Shown in pieces: positions 38,750-48,717 of a stretch of 64,000 nt of DNA (positions within the stretch are counted from its first letter, which is position 1; every line of letters starts with the position of its first letter). The DNA is from Flammeovirgaceae bacterium UBA4465 (lineage in GTDB: Bacteria; Bacteroidota; Bacteroidia; Cytophagales; Cyclobacteriaceae), in contig CAJJCN010000031.1 in NCBI GenBank assembly GCA_905182655.1, positions 9,344 through 73,343 of the forward strand, given 5' to 3'. The position numbers and the translations under genes were made by a program. Under the pieces are notes generated by a model. That model saw only the letters and a list, made by a program, of their open reading frames with translations, had not been told where the DNA came from and ran no database searches.

Positions 38750-39412
38750 ATGCAGTCATTTAAACTTACTCCCCTCTTCTTATTGGTCAGCCTCTTGATC
38801 TCTTCATCATGTGTCTCCAATGCATCCGAATCTCAGAATCTACATACAAGCATTAAAAAAACATTTCCTCGCGATCTAAAACTAGATACAGCTACGTTTG
38901 CCGGTGGCTGTTTTTGGTGTATTGAAGCCTCATTTGAACAAATTGAAGGCGTCTTCGAGGCAGTTTCTGGGTATGCGGGTGGCACAAAGGATAAAGCCCG
39001 ATATGATCTTGTTTCGTCGGGAAAAACTACGCATGCCGAAGCGGTACAGATTTATTTTGACCCCAATAAAATCACTTACGAAACCTTGTTAGATATCCTT
39101 TTTACGGCACATGATCCTACGCAGTTGAACCGACAAGGGCCTGATGTTGGAAAACAATATCGATCGGTTGTCTTTTACCATAACGGGGCTCAAAAAGAAA
39201 CGACCTCTCAGAAAATAAAGGATTTAAGTACCGTATTTGACCGCCCTATTGTCACGCTCATCGAACCTTTGGTCGCTTTTTATCCCGCTGAGGACTATCA
39301 TCAGGATTATGAAAAAAAGAATCCGTATCAGCCCTATGTTTTGAGTGTTTCAAAACCGAAAATAGATTTAGTGGCGAAAAAATTTAAAGCACTATTAAAA
39401 GTATCTGAATAA
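38750..39412 (+). CDS. msrA: Peptide-methionine (S)-S-oxide reductase with a lipoprotein-type signal peptide
   Basis: 220 aa. GGCFWC active site, preceded by a signal/lipobox (LLISSSC). Confidence 0.92.
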   Translation: MQSFKLTPLFLLVSLLISSSCVSNASESQNLHTSIKKTFPRDLKLDTATFAGGCFWCIEASFEQIEGVFEAVSGYAGGTKDKARYDLVSSGKTTHAEAVQIYFDPNKITYETLLDILFTAHDPTQLNRQGPDVGKQYRSVVFYHNGAQKETTSQKIKDLSTVFDRPIVTLIEPLVAFYPAEDYHQDYEKKNPYQPYVLSVSKPKIDLVAKKFKALLKVSE

Positions 39413-39480
39413 TTTCAGCTTCAGAAGCCTACACATTCAATCACTTATATTTAAACATTGAAAATTAGAACCTCATAATA

Positions 39481-39810
39481 ATGGCTACTCATACAAAAGA
39501 AAGTCAAAGTAATTTTATCCATATGGTCTTCTTTTGGTTAAAAGATACATCAAATAAGGAGATAGGTGCCTTCAAAAATCGTACGATTACTTTCCTTGAT
39601 CAGGTCAATAGTATTGACTCCTATCATGTTGGGATTCCCGCAACGACAGATAGGCCCATCATTGAACGAAGTTATACTGTTGCCTTAGTAGTCACCTTTG
39701 AAGATAAAAAGGCACATGATATTTATCAGGAACATGAAGCGCACAAAAGCTTCATAGATGATTGCCATCACCTATGGGATAGTGTAAAGATCTTCGATAC
39801 GGATAAATAA
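39481..39810 (+). CDS. Dabb (stress-responsive alpha/beta barrel) family protein
   Basis: 109 aa. The IHMVFFWLKD start and HxxF pattern fit the Dabb domain. Confidence 0.65.
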   Translation: MATHTKESQSNFIHMVFFWLKDTSNKEIGAFKNRTITFLDQVNSIDSYHVGIPATTDRPIIERSYTVALVVTFEDKKAHDIYQEHEAHKSFIDDCHHLWDSVKIFDTDK

Positions 39811-39821
39811 TATGAATGCCC

Positions 39822-42698
39822 TTAATTACGCTTACAAATCGCATTATATGGGCAATATTCGCATTTTTTGAGATCATTGGTCTGATCAAACGGGATTTCA
39901 GTATCCCAAATTTCGGTAAGTAATTCATTCAAAACTTGCTCAAATTCATCACTATACTGTGCAAAAGATTGTACTTGAATTTCGGCTTGACCTTTCTCTT
40001 TTTGAGTTAATTTCCAATCAAATTTATCATCAAAAAGATGCTTACTATTGAATATGCTGGGCTCAATACGATCATAAGATCCTTTGTATCCACTTTGCAC
40101 TAAATAACTGTAAAAAAATATTTGAAAAGCGGTTTTATTTCGTTTGGTGCTTTCAGGGTCAATCAGTGAAGCAAGGGTATCGAATGTTTTTTCATCCTTA
40201 CCCGTTTTGTAATCTACCACCCTCAATACGCCCGCTCTTAAATCAATTCTATCAATTTTACCCTTGAGACCGATCACCTGCTTTCTACCATTTACCTCAA
40301 TGGGCAGGTCAACGGAGAAGCCCTCTTTAGTACCTGATTCTAAGCCTAATATTTTAAATGGCGCATACTTTTCATCTATATCTAATATTTTATTGATCAT
40401 CTTTTTTATTATTTCAGCAGCGATGATATTTCTGCCTTCAATCATTATTTTTTTCTTGTCTCCTTTGATTCGGTAATGCTTATGGAACGCTTCATTAATC
40501 GCCCCATCGACGCCTTCTCTCAACCAAAAGAAATGCGGAGCATTCACAATATCCGTCTTTTGTACAACCATGAATTGGCGATATAAAATTTCCATCGCAT
40601 CGTGAAGAATATTACCGAAAATCAAAGCGTCAAGTTCTTCTTGAATTTGATCTTCTTCATATAATTCTGCTATATATTTATAGTAAAATCTGAGTTTACA
40701 ATATAAATAGGTATCCAACGCTGATGGTGTCAATCTGCTCATATAGGGCGTCTTAAAATCCATCGTGAACCTTGCTAACTTTTTCATAACCAGATAACCC
40801 TTGGGCACCGAGATTTCTTTTTTGACAGGAAGCCCAATGGGATTTGCTAATATTTTCTTTTCGATCGAATGAGCTGATTCAAGTTCCAGTTGTTTTACCA
40901 AACGACTCAGTTCGCCATTCACATTGAATTCCGAAATGATGTTATAATAAAAAACCACTTCTCGAGAACGTTGTAACAATCGATAAAACAAATAAGCATA
41001 TATCGCGTCTTGATGTTCATGAGTAGGTAAGTCAAAAGCTCTTCTGATATTGTAGGGAATAAAAGATCCACTTTTTGGAGGTGCCGGCCAGGCATTTTCA
41101 TTCATACTCAATACAAAAACATATTCAAAATCCAGATTCCGAGTTTCCAGTATACCCATGATTTGGATTCCTCTTAAGGGTTCTCCTGAAAAGGGTATTT
41201 TCAAACTTCTAGAAATTTTTTGAAATAATTGAATCAAAAATTCATAGGATAGGAGATCAACTTGCGCTCCTAGCACTTCTCTCAATTGAAGAATATGTTG
41301 ATAATATTTATGAATAAAGGCCCTATCCAGGTCGTCTTTTTCTATTTCTGATTGATCTTCAAGTGTTTTAAGGATTTCTAAAAGATAATCTAATGGATTT
41401 TCTGGCTTCGAAAATATTAATTTTAATAAGGTTGTGTTCAATGGAATCTGACTGCCTCTTACAAAAATTAAATTGTACTTTTTAATTTGAGCATTAAACT
41501 CTTTGAAACGTATGACGTCCAACCCATAAATCAATGGATGCTCCAAAATGGCGATAACGGGTTTATGATAAAAAATATCATCATTGGCCCCAAGCCTCCG
41601 CATATTTTGAAGCATTAATATGCTTTCCAATAAGGCGTATATGGGCGTATCTTTGAGGGGAAAGCCCATCGTTATGTTAATCTCGTTCAAAGCCTTGGGC
41701 AGTGCATGTAAAACAGGAAATAGCATGTATTCATTGGGGAGAACGATGACTACATCTTCTGCTCTGAAATGCGGCTCTGACATTAAAATTGATAATTTTT
41801 CACCTAAAGCTTTGGCTTGACCCACTTCCAAGGAAACGCCTATAGCGGTCATTGACTTAGGGTCAGAAATATGATTGGCAATCTCGGGTTCAAAAGTGTT
41901 GCCTAGAATCCTATCTTTTTGATACATTCGATGAAAATAGCCCGCTTCTTGGGAAGTATCGTCTAAGTAGTAAGCATCTGTATCCCAAAGTACCTCCGCA
42001 CCCTTGTGCTCAACATAATATTTTATAATACGCTCTTCAACGGCTGTTAATGCATTAAATCCAACAAAAATCAAATGCCCTTTATCGGGGTAATCATCCC
42101 CTAATAAATGTACTAAGAAGTCTGCGTAAATCATCCCAATGTATGCTTTCCCTTTTGCCATCAATAGAGACTTATATTCAACATATATAGATTTAAGTAT
42201 TTTCCATGTCTCCAAAAATATATCTTGGTTTTTGCTGCTTTTAGGTAAAAAAGTAGCCCAAAAAGAAGTGATTATTTTCTTATCTTCTTCTGAAAGAAAA
42301 TAAAATTCTTGATCCAGCTCCTTTTGAGATTTTATGCTAGTAAAAAGTTGATGGGCATCCACGCCATATTGATCTATTTCTTCAAAATCTTTTATGATCA
42401 TTTCACCCCAAAAGAAAAATTTATCAAGGGCCTCTCCTTTTTCCTGATGATTTAAGTAAACCTCATGTAACCATAGGACTGACTCAAAACTTTCTATTTT
42501 TTCAAATTTAGAATGAGACAGTATAAAATCCTCAAGACTCGAAATGTGAGGCAACCATATAGGTTTTTTAATTCGTTTTCCAAGTTCTTGCTGTAAGAAA
42601 AGTCCTGCCCTTCTGTTGGGGAAAATGACCGTCAGGTTTTTTGGATCTTGGTATTTTGTGAGCAATCGCTCCGCAAGGTCTCCAATAAAACTTTTCAT
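39822..42698 (-). CDS. PD-(D/E)XK nuclease superfamily protein, AddB-like
   Basis: 958 aa. Degenerate helicase-like N-terminal region and a C-terminal RecB-type nuclease (GKIDRID...VVDYKTGK). A Cys cluster at the extreme C-terminus (CEYCPYNAIC) is typical of the AddB iron-staple. Confidence 0.7.
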   Translation of the reverse strand: MKSFIGDLAERLLTKYQDPKNLTVIFPNRRAGLFLQQELGKRIKKPIWLPHISSLEDFILSHSKFEKIESFESVLWLHEVYLNHQEKGEALDKFFFWGEMIIKDFEEIDQYGVDAHQLFTSIKSQKELDQEFYFLSEEDKKIITSFWATFLPKSSKNQDIFLETWKILKSIYVEYKSLLMAKGKAYIGMIYADFLVHLLGDDYPDKGHLIFVGFNALTAVEERIIKYYVEHKGAEVLWDTDAYYLDDTSQEAGYFHRMYQKDRILGNTFEPEIANHISDPKSMTAIGVSLEVGQAKALGEKLSILMSEPHFRAEDVVIVLPNEYMLFPVLHALPKALNEINITMGFPLKDTPIYALLESILMLQNMRRLGANDDIFYHKPVIAILEHPLIYGLDVIRFKEFNAQIKKYNLIFVRGSQIPLNTTLLKLIFSKPENPLDYLLEILKTLEDQSEIEKDDLDRAFIHKYYQHILQLREVLGAQVDLLSYEFLIQLFQKISRSLKIPFSGEPLRGIQIMGILETRNLDFEYVFVLSMNENAWPAPPKSGSFIPYNIRRAFDLPTHEHQDAIYAYLFYRLLQRSREVVFYYNIISEFNVNGELSRLVKQLELESAHSIEKKILANPIGLPVKKEISVPKGYLVMKKLARFTMDFKTPYMSRLTPSALDTYLYCKLRFYYKYIAELYEEDQIQEELDALIFGNILHDAMEILYRQFMVVQKTDIVNAPHFFWLREGVDGAINEAFHKHYRIKGDKKKIMIEGRNIIAAEIIKKMINKILDIDEKYAPFKILGLESGTKEGFSVDLPIEVNGRKQVIGLKGKIDRIDLRAGVLRVVDYKTGKDEKTFDTLASLIDPESTKRNKTAFQIFFYSYLVQSGYKGSYDRIEPSIFNSKHLFDDKFDWKLTQKEKGQAEIQVQSFAQYSDEFEQVLNELLTEIWDTEIPFDQTNDLKKCEYCPYNAICKRN

Positions 42699-42733
42699 GA
42701 TGAATGAGGCGCCATTTAAGTAAAAAAATAAAT

Positions 42734-43705
42734 TTACGTTTTTCTAGCAATCGTAAAGGCGAGAAGCTGCTCTAGTGAGTTTCTATAAACCGAATCTGGA
42801 TATGTTTTGAGGATAGCAAGCGCTTCTGAAAGAAAATCATTCATTCTTTTTGTTGCATAATCAATGCCCCCTTTTTCTTTCACAAATTCAATTACTTTTT
42901 TTACATTAGCCGCTTTTTTCTCACTATCTGTAATCATCTTTTTAATGGTTGAAACTTCTGATGAAGTACTATGTTTGAGTGCGTAAATAACAGGCAAAGT
43001 CATCTTCCTTTCTCGTATATCAATGCCCGTGGGCTTTCCAATCGCTGCATTTTCATAGTCAAACAAATCATCCTTTATCTGAAATGCCATACCCACTTTA
43101 GTCCCAAATGTTCCCATTTTGGAAATGTCTTCATCAGTCCCTCCCCCCGAGCTCGCACCTACCTGACAACAAGAGGTAATTAAACTGGCGGTTTTTTGTC
43201 TGATTACTTCATAATAAAGCTCTTCTGTGATGTCTAATTTTCTAGCCTTCTCCATCTGAAGTAGTTCTCCTTCACTCATTTGCTGAACGGCATTAGAAAC
43301 AATCCGAAGTAGTTCAAAATCATCATTTTTCAAGGAAAGTAGAAGGCCTTTTGACAACAGAAAATCTCCCACCAATACAGCTATCTTATTTTTCCAAAGG
43401 GCATTAATTGAAAAAAACCCTCGACGGTAGTGTGCGTTATCTACAACATCATCGTGCACCAAGCTGGCCGTATGCAAGAGCTCTATCAATGCGGCTCCTC
43501 GATGAGTGGCTTCGTTGATCTTACCCGTTATCGCTGCGGTAAGGAAAACAAATAGAGGGCGCATTTGCTTTCCCTTTCTCTTGATGATGTAATCCATGAT
43601 TTTATCAAGCAACATCACCTTGCTTTTCATGGACTGACGGAATTTTAATTCAAATTCATTCATTTCCTGTTTGACAGGAGCTTGTATGTCTTTGAGTGTG
43701 CTCAT
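42734..43705 (-). CDS. Polyprenyl diphosphate synthase (trans-IPPS, long-chain)
   Basis: 323 aa. FARM LVHDDVVD and SARM KDDLFD motifs. Confidence 0.9.
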   Translation of the reverse strand: MSTLKDIQAPVKQEMNEFELKFRQSMKSKVMLLDKIMDYIIKRKGKQMRPLFVFLTAAITGKINEATHRGAALIELLHTASLVHDDVVDNAHYRRGFFSINALWKNKIAVLVGDFLLSKGLLLSLKNDDFELLRIVSNAVQQMSEGELLQMEKARKLDITEELYYEVIRQKTASLITSCCQVGASSGGGTDEDISKMGTFGTKVGMAFQIKDDLFDYENAAIGKPTGIDIRERKMTLPVIYALKHSTSSEVSTIKKMITDSEKKAANVKKVIEFVKEKGGIDYATKRMNDFLSEALAILKTYPDSVYRNSLEQLLAFTIARKT

Positions 43706-43790
43706 ATAAATACAATATTAAACTACTTCACTTGCATAAAAAATAGGCACTTATAAACAACCTCATTAGATTTACACATATCCTGCATAA

Positions 43791-44684
43791 ATGAATATAA
43801 AAAAAGCTACATATCATCTTCTCGATGTCTTCACAAATAAGAAATTTGGAGGAAATCAATTGGCCATCTTCGAAGATGCAACAGAAATTCCTCCTGAAAT
43901 GTTTCAAAATATTGCGAGGGAGCTTAATTTATCAGAAACCGTCTTTCTATTTCCAACAAATAGTGCAGGAGAATATCCGATGCGCATTTTTACTCCCATC
44001 AAAGAACTCCCTACTGCGGGCCATCCAAGTATTGGAACTGCCTATTTCTTGGCAGAGAAATTTCCAAAAGAAGACGGAGAAATAGTTCTTACATTGGCCC
44101 AAATCATTGGTCCTATTGAAGTTAAAATCAAAATGTCCAAAAAAGGGACACTTATGGCTACTATGTATCAAATACCCCCCTATTTTGGTACTATCTTCGA
44201 AAATAGAAGTGACATCGCACAATTATTCAACTTATCTGAATCCGATTTAATGGATTATCCTGTCCAAGAAGTTTCTTGTGGCGTTCCTTATATTATCGTT
44301 CCCGTAAAATCAGTTGAAAACATCCAAAATTTGACTTTTAACACCCAAATTTGGGAACAGCTTAAGTCTATATTAAAAGATCATAGTGTCTATGTGTTCA
44401 CGCCGCAGGGCCTATTACCCGAAGGCGATTTACATGGCCGCATGTTTGCTCCAGAAATTGGCATTACTGAAGATCCTGCAACTGGTTCTGCCAACGGACC
44501 CTTGGCTTGTTATTTGTTTAAATATGGCATAAAAAAAGGTCCACTCATCAGTGAACAAGGTTTCGAGATAAATAGGCCAAGTTTGATTCACATAGAAATT
44601 GAAGGCGAAAATGAAAACATAAAAAAAGTGAAGGTAGGCGGACAAGCCATCTTTGTCGGACAGGGACAATTTATCATTGATTAA
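43791..44684 (+). CDS. PhzF-family isomerase-like protein
   Basis: 297 aa. The LDVFTNKKFGGNQLAIF start, SETVF, and a two-domain DAP-epimerase-like fold. Confidence 0.85.
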   Translation: MNIKKATYHLLDVFTNKKFGGNQLAIFEDATEIPPEMFQNIARELNLSETVFLFPTNSAGEYPMRIFTPIKELPTAGHPSIGTAYFLAEKFPKEDGEIVLTLAQIIGPIEVKIKMSKKGTLMATMYQIPPYFGTIFENRSDIAQLFNLSESDLMDYPVQEVSCGVPYIIVPVKSVENIQNLTFNTQIWEQLKSILKDHSVYVFTPQGLLPEGDLHGRMFAPEIGITEDPATGSANGPLACYLFKYGIKKGPLISEQGFEINRPSLIHIEIEGENENIKKVKVGGQAIFVGQGQFIID

Positions 44685-44723
44685 ATAGCCAAATGTTTAT
44701 ATTTGCGGACTTAAAAACATTAA

Positions 44724-46388
44724 ATGAGTCAGAGTAGACCTCGATATAAAGATATTCTAAAGAGAAAAAAAGATTGGCCAATAGTCAATCTTTCACAAAA
44801 TAAAAAAACATTTTTAGATGAAGTGAGTCAAAATGTTTTTACCAATCTGATTCAAGGCGATGGTCGTAAAACCCTTCATGAAGAACTCGAAATGACCATC
44901 TACAGAGAAAAACAGCGCGTCATTAACAATCCATGGAGGGTCGATCCAAAAGATGATTTGACTTTTTGGAAACGCATCCAGAAAAAACAATTATCTATTA
45001 AAGAAAGTAAGGATAAGGTAACGGTTGAGAAAGAAATATTAAAGGAAATCATTGATCGCTATTGTAAAGAAATCGTTGGCAGTTTCAATAAGTCATCTTA
45101 TCGATTTGCAAAAAGGATTACCACTTTTGGGTTTGCCCGATTGCTCAATGCCGCCCGAGTCAAAGGGTTTAAATCAATATTTAGTCGACAGCTAGATTTA
45201 CAAGATCAAATTCATGTAGTGGGTGAGCCAGAACAATTGAGAAAATTGGCGAAAATAGGAACCATTGTACTGGTACCTACTCATTTTAGCAATCTAGATT
45301 CCGTTCTCATTGGGTGGGTCATACAATTTTTGGGGCTCCCTCCCTTCATCTATGGTGCAGGACTTAACCTATTCAATATAAAAATATTGGCCTATTTCAT
45401 GAACAGCTTAGGGGCCTATAAACTAGATCGAAGAAAGAAAAATCCAATTTATTTAGAGACCTTAAAAGAATATTCAAAAAGAGCTTTGGAATGGGGATGT
45501 CACAGCCTTTTTTTTCCGGGAGGTACGAGAAGTCGATCCGGTCAAATCGAAAATTCATTGAAATTAGGCTTATTAGGTACAGCCATTGAAGCCCAAAGGT
45601 CCTTGATCAGTGACCACGGCAAGCAAGCCAAACCTATTTTTATTGTACCTGTGGTCATTAATTACCAGTTTACGCTAGAAGCACCTTCCCTAATTAACGA
45701 GCATCTCAAACGAACCGGTAGAGAAAGGTATTACAGAGAGTCGGATGCCTTTAGTAATTCTAAAAAAATGGCCACCTTTCTCATGAAATTTTTTACCAAA
45801 AAATCTGACATCTCTGTCAGTATTGGTCGTGGTCTTGATGTTTTGGGTAATTATGTAAATGATCAGGGTCAAAGCTTAGACCAGCATGGAAAAGTGATCG
45901 ATATCAAAGATTATTTCCTTTCCAATGGAAAAGTTAACGTGGATAAGCAACGAGAAAATACCTATGTACAAATTCTTTCTAAAAAAATCGTCGAAGAATA
46001 CTATAAGAATAACCGTGTTTACTCTAGCCATTTGGTTGCCTATACTGCCTTTAAAATGCTCGAAAGAAAAAATTCTAAACTAGATCTTTACAGTATTTTA
46101 AGACTATCTGAAGACGACCTCACTTTAGATTATGAAGCCTTCAAGAAAAGTTTTAAAAAGTTGAGAAAGGTCATTCTGGAGCTCAATGAACAAGATAAGG
46201 TAGATGTAAACGATAAATTTAAAAATAAGGTAGATGAATCCATCATTTATGGACTGAACAATGTAGGGATGTATCACGCAAAAAGACCCTTGATAAAAGT
46301 AAAGAACCAAATTTTAATACTCAATGCAAGCACACTCTATTATTACCACAACCGACTAGAGGGATATGGCCTTGAAAAACACATATAA
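44724..46388 (+). CDS. Glycerol-3-phosphate (or DHAP) acyltransferase, PlsB/GPAT-like
   Basis: 554 aa. Four acyltransferase blocks are present: HFSNLD (HX4D), GAYKLDRR, FFPGGTRSRSG and IVPVVINY. The GG-RSR-G form of block III resembles PlsB/GPAT rather than PlsC. Confidence 0.7.
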   Translation: MSQSRPRYKDILKRKKDWPIVNLSQNKKTFLDEVSQNVFTNLIQGDGRKTLHEELEMTIYREKQRVINNPWRVDPKDDLTFWKRIQKKQLSIKESKDKVTVEKEILKEIIDRYCKEIVGSFNKSSYRFAKRITTFGFARLLNAARVKGFKSIFSRQLDLQDQIHVVGEPEQLRKLAKIGTIVLVPTHFSNLDSVLIGWVIQFLGLPPFIYGAGLNLFNIKILAYFMNSLGAYKLDRRKKNPIYLETLKEYSKRALEWGCHSLFFPGGTRSRSGQIENSLKLGLLGTAIEAQRSLISDHGKQAKPIFIVPVVINYQFTLEAPSLINEHLKRTGRERYYRESDAFSNSKKMATFLMKFFTKKSDISVSIGRGLDVLGNYVNDQGQSLDQHGKVIDIKDYFLSNGKVNVDKQRENTYVQILSKKIVEEYYKNNRVYSSHLVAYTAFKMLERKNSKLDLYSILRLSEDDLTLDYEAFKKSFKKLRKVILELNEQDKVDVNDKFKNKVDESIIYGLNNVGMYHAKRPLIKVKNQILILNASTLYYYHNRLEGYGLEKHI

Positions 46389-47412
46389 AGCAACCGTAGG
46401 AGTCATTGGTACGGGTAATTTTGGTACCGCATTGGCCAATCTACTTGCTGATAAATGTAAACGCGTCCTGCTTTATGCAAGAAATGAGCAAAAAGCAACG
46501 CAACTGATCAAAACTAGAAAAAATGGCTACCACCAAATCGCTGATAACGTAGAAATCATCACAGATATCTCTTTCCTTGCCGAGAAATGCAACGTCATTT
46601 TTCCAATAGTTCCTTCTATCAATTTCAGGGAAATGATGAAAAACCTATCTCCTTACCTAAAACCTTATCATGTCTTAATTCATGGTACAAAAGGATTTGA
46701 TTTTAATAATAAAAATAACGCCCTTAAGGGATCAGAAAGTCAAATTTTCACTATGAGTGAGGTCATTAGACAAGAATCATCAGTGGTAAGAATAGGTTGT
46801 ATTGCAGGTCCCAATTTGTCTAAAGAAATTGCCTTGAAGATGCCTGCAGCATCTGTCATTGCAAGCGACTTTGATGAAGTTATTCACCTAGGTCAAAAAT
46901 ATCTCAAAAGTGATCGTTTTTTAGTTTTTGGAAGTAATGATTTAATGAGTACTGAGCTTTGTGGGATTTTAAAAAATATCATTGCAGTAGGCGCCGGAAC
47001 CATTGACGGCATGAAACTAGGTGAAAACGCCAAATCCTTATTTATCACCAGGGGCATGGTCGAAATGGTCGAAATAGGTAAAGCCATGGGAGGCCAAGTC
47101 GAACCCTTTTTAGGACTTGCAGGTATTGGTGATTTGATTGCAACGTGCTCAAGCAATCTGAGCAGAAACTACAGTGTCGGACTGAGGTTAGCCAATGGGG
47201 AAAAATTAAATGAAATTACCCATTCCATGCGAGAAGTCGCTGAAGGTATTAAGACCATCGATATCATCCATAAATGGTCAAAAAATAACCCTATGCGCAT
47301 TCCTATTACTGAAACACTTTACAAAATTATCCATGAAGAAATTACGGTTGAAGAAGCACATGCATATATGATGAAATTCCCCTTTACCACCGAAATTGAA
47401 TTTTTAAAATAG
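46366..47412 (+). CDS. gpsA: NAD(P)H-dependent glycerol-3-phosphate dehydrogenase
   Basis: 348 aa. N-terminal GTGNFGTALA and the GLKN-type motif (CGILKNIIAVGAG). The start overlaps the upstream acyltransferase by 23 nt. Confidence 0.9.
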   Translation: MALKNTYKATVGVIGTGNFGTALANLLADKCKRVLLYARNEQKATQLIKTRKNGYHQIADNVEIITDISFLAEKCNVIFPIVPSINFREMMKNLSPYLKPYHVLIHGTKGFDFNNKNNALKGSESQIFTMSEVIRQESSVVRIGCIAGPNLSKEIALKMPAASVIASDFDEVIHLGQKYLKSDRFLVFGSNDLMSTELCGILKNIIAVGAGTIDGMKLGENAKSLFITRGMVEMVEIGKAMGGQVEPFLGLAGIGDLIATCSSNLSRNYSVGLRLANGEKLNEITHSMREVAEGIKTIDIIHKWSKNNPMRIPITETLYKIIHEEITVEEAHAYMMKFPFTTEIEFLK

Positions 47413-47416
47413 TCCT

Positions 47417-48655
47417 TTATTTCAATAAATTCATTGCCCTAATTCTCTGCAAAACTGTTGGGTGTGAGTAGTTGATAAAGACGTTGGCCGAATGAGGCGT
47501 TAAATTGGATAAATGATCACCACTCATTTTTTTCAACCCATCGATCAAAGGTTGCGCAGCAAAATGCGTTGCCGCATAGGCGTCTGCCTCATATTCATGT
47601 TTACGGCTGATCAAATTCATTATGATTCCTAATATTCTTGATACTGGGCTATATAAAATCCCAAAAGCGAGCATATTAAGATGGATAGCTGTTACATCTC
47701 CCCCCATGGCAAAACTAACTTGCGTATTTAAAATCATCTTTGAGAGTAAAAAGAGCATCAATCCAGTCTGAACAATAGACATGAAGGTACCTATGTAAAT
47801 ATGATTCTTTTTGTAGTGACCCACCTCGTGGGCAAAGACTGCCGTAAGTTCATCAACACTGTGCTTGGCAATTAAAGTATCGTAAAGCACTACTTTTTTC
47901 TTTTTTCCCAATCCTGAGAAAAACGCATTGCCTTTGCTTGATCGTTTAGAGCCATCAATTACGAATACTTGCGTGAGGGGGAAAGACACTTTTTCTGCAA
48001 AGTCTGCTATAGATTTTTTCAAGACACCTTCTTCTAAAGGCACTAATTTATTGAACAACGGCAGTAATAAAGAAGTGTAAAGCATATTTAAGGCCAATAA
48101 AAAAATCGTGATCACAATCCAAAAATACCACCAAAAATCAGTCCCTATGAGGGTAACCATCAAGACAAAAATAACAAGCAAACCTCCTCCCAATAAAGCC
48201 GTCAAAAGATAACCCTTAAGTTTATCTGCAAAATAAGTTTTTAAGGTCATCTTATTAAATCCAAAACGAGCTTCAATAACAAAATTTTGATAGAGTGAAA
48301 AGGGAATACCCATCAAATCCGATATCACAAATAAAATCCCGAAAAAAATCAAAGGGGTGATCGGTGCCAAAGGACTGAAACTACGTGCCCAATCATCCAA
48401 AAGCCCAAACCATCCCAACCCAATAGCACCGACCATTACGATCAACGATAACGTATCCGAAATTTTACCAAAGCGACCCGTAGTATTTTGGTATTCTTGA
48501 GATTTTTGATATTTCTCATCATCATAAATCCCATTCAGTTCTTCTGGAATGGGTTTCTTAGAACTTTTTTCATTTAAAAAGCTTAATAATAAATCCAAAA
48601 GGAAATCAAAGATCAAAATCCCCAAAACCAGAATAACAATTGTTTTTTCACTCAT
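47417..48655 (-). CDS. M48-family (Ste24/HtpX-like) integral membrane zinc metalloprotease
   Basis: 412 aa. Multiple TM helices and the HEVGH zinc motif. Confidence 0.88.
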   Translation of the reverse strand: MSEKTIVILVLGILIFDFLLDLLLSFLNEKSSKKPIPEELNGIYDDEKYQKSQEYQNTTGRFGKISDTLSLIVMVGAIGLGWFGLLDDWARSFSPLAPITPLIFFGILFVISDLMGIPFSLYQNFVIEARFGFNKMTLKTYFADKLKGYLLTALLGGGLLVIFVLMVTLIGTDFWWYFWIVITIFLLALNMLYTSLLLPLFNKLVPLEEGVLKKSIADFAEKVSFPLTQVFVIDGSKRSSKGNAFFSGLGKKKKVVLYDTLIAKHSVDELTAVFAHEVGHYKKNHIYIGTFMSIVQTGLMLFLLSKMILNTQVSFAMGGDVTAIHLNMLAFGILYSPVSRILGIIMNLISRKHEYEADAYAATHFAAQPLIDGLKKMSGDHLSNLTPHSANVFINYSHPTVLQRIRAMNLLK

Positions 48656-48717
48656 AAAAATACATTTCTAAAAAAAATATCAAATAAACAGATGGCTTTC
48701 ATTTTTTTACCCATGGC

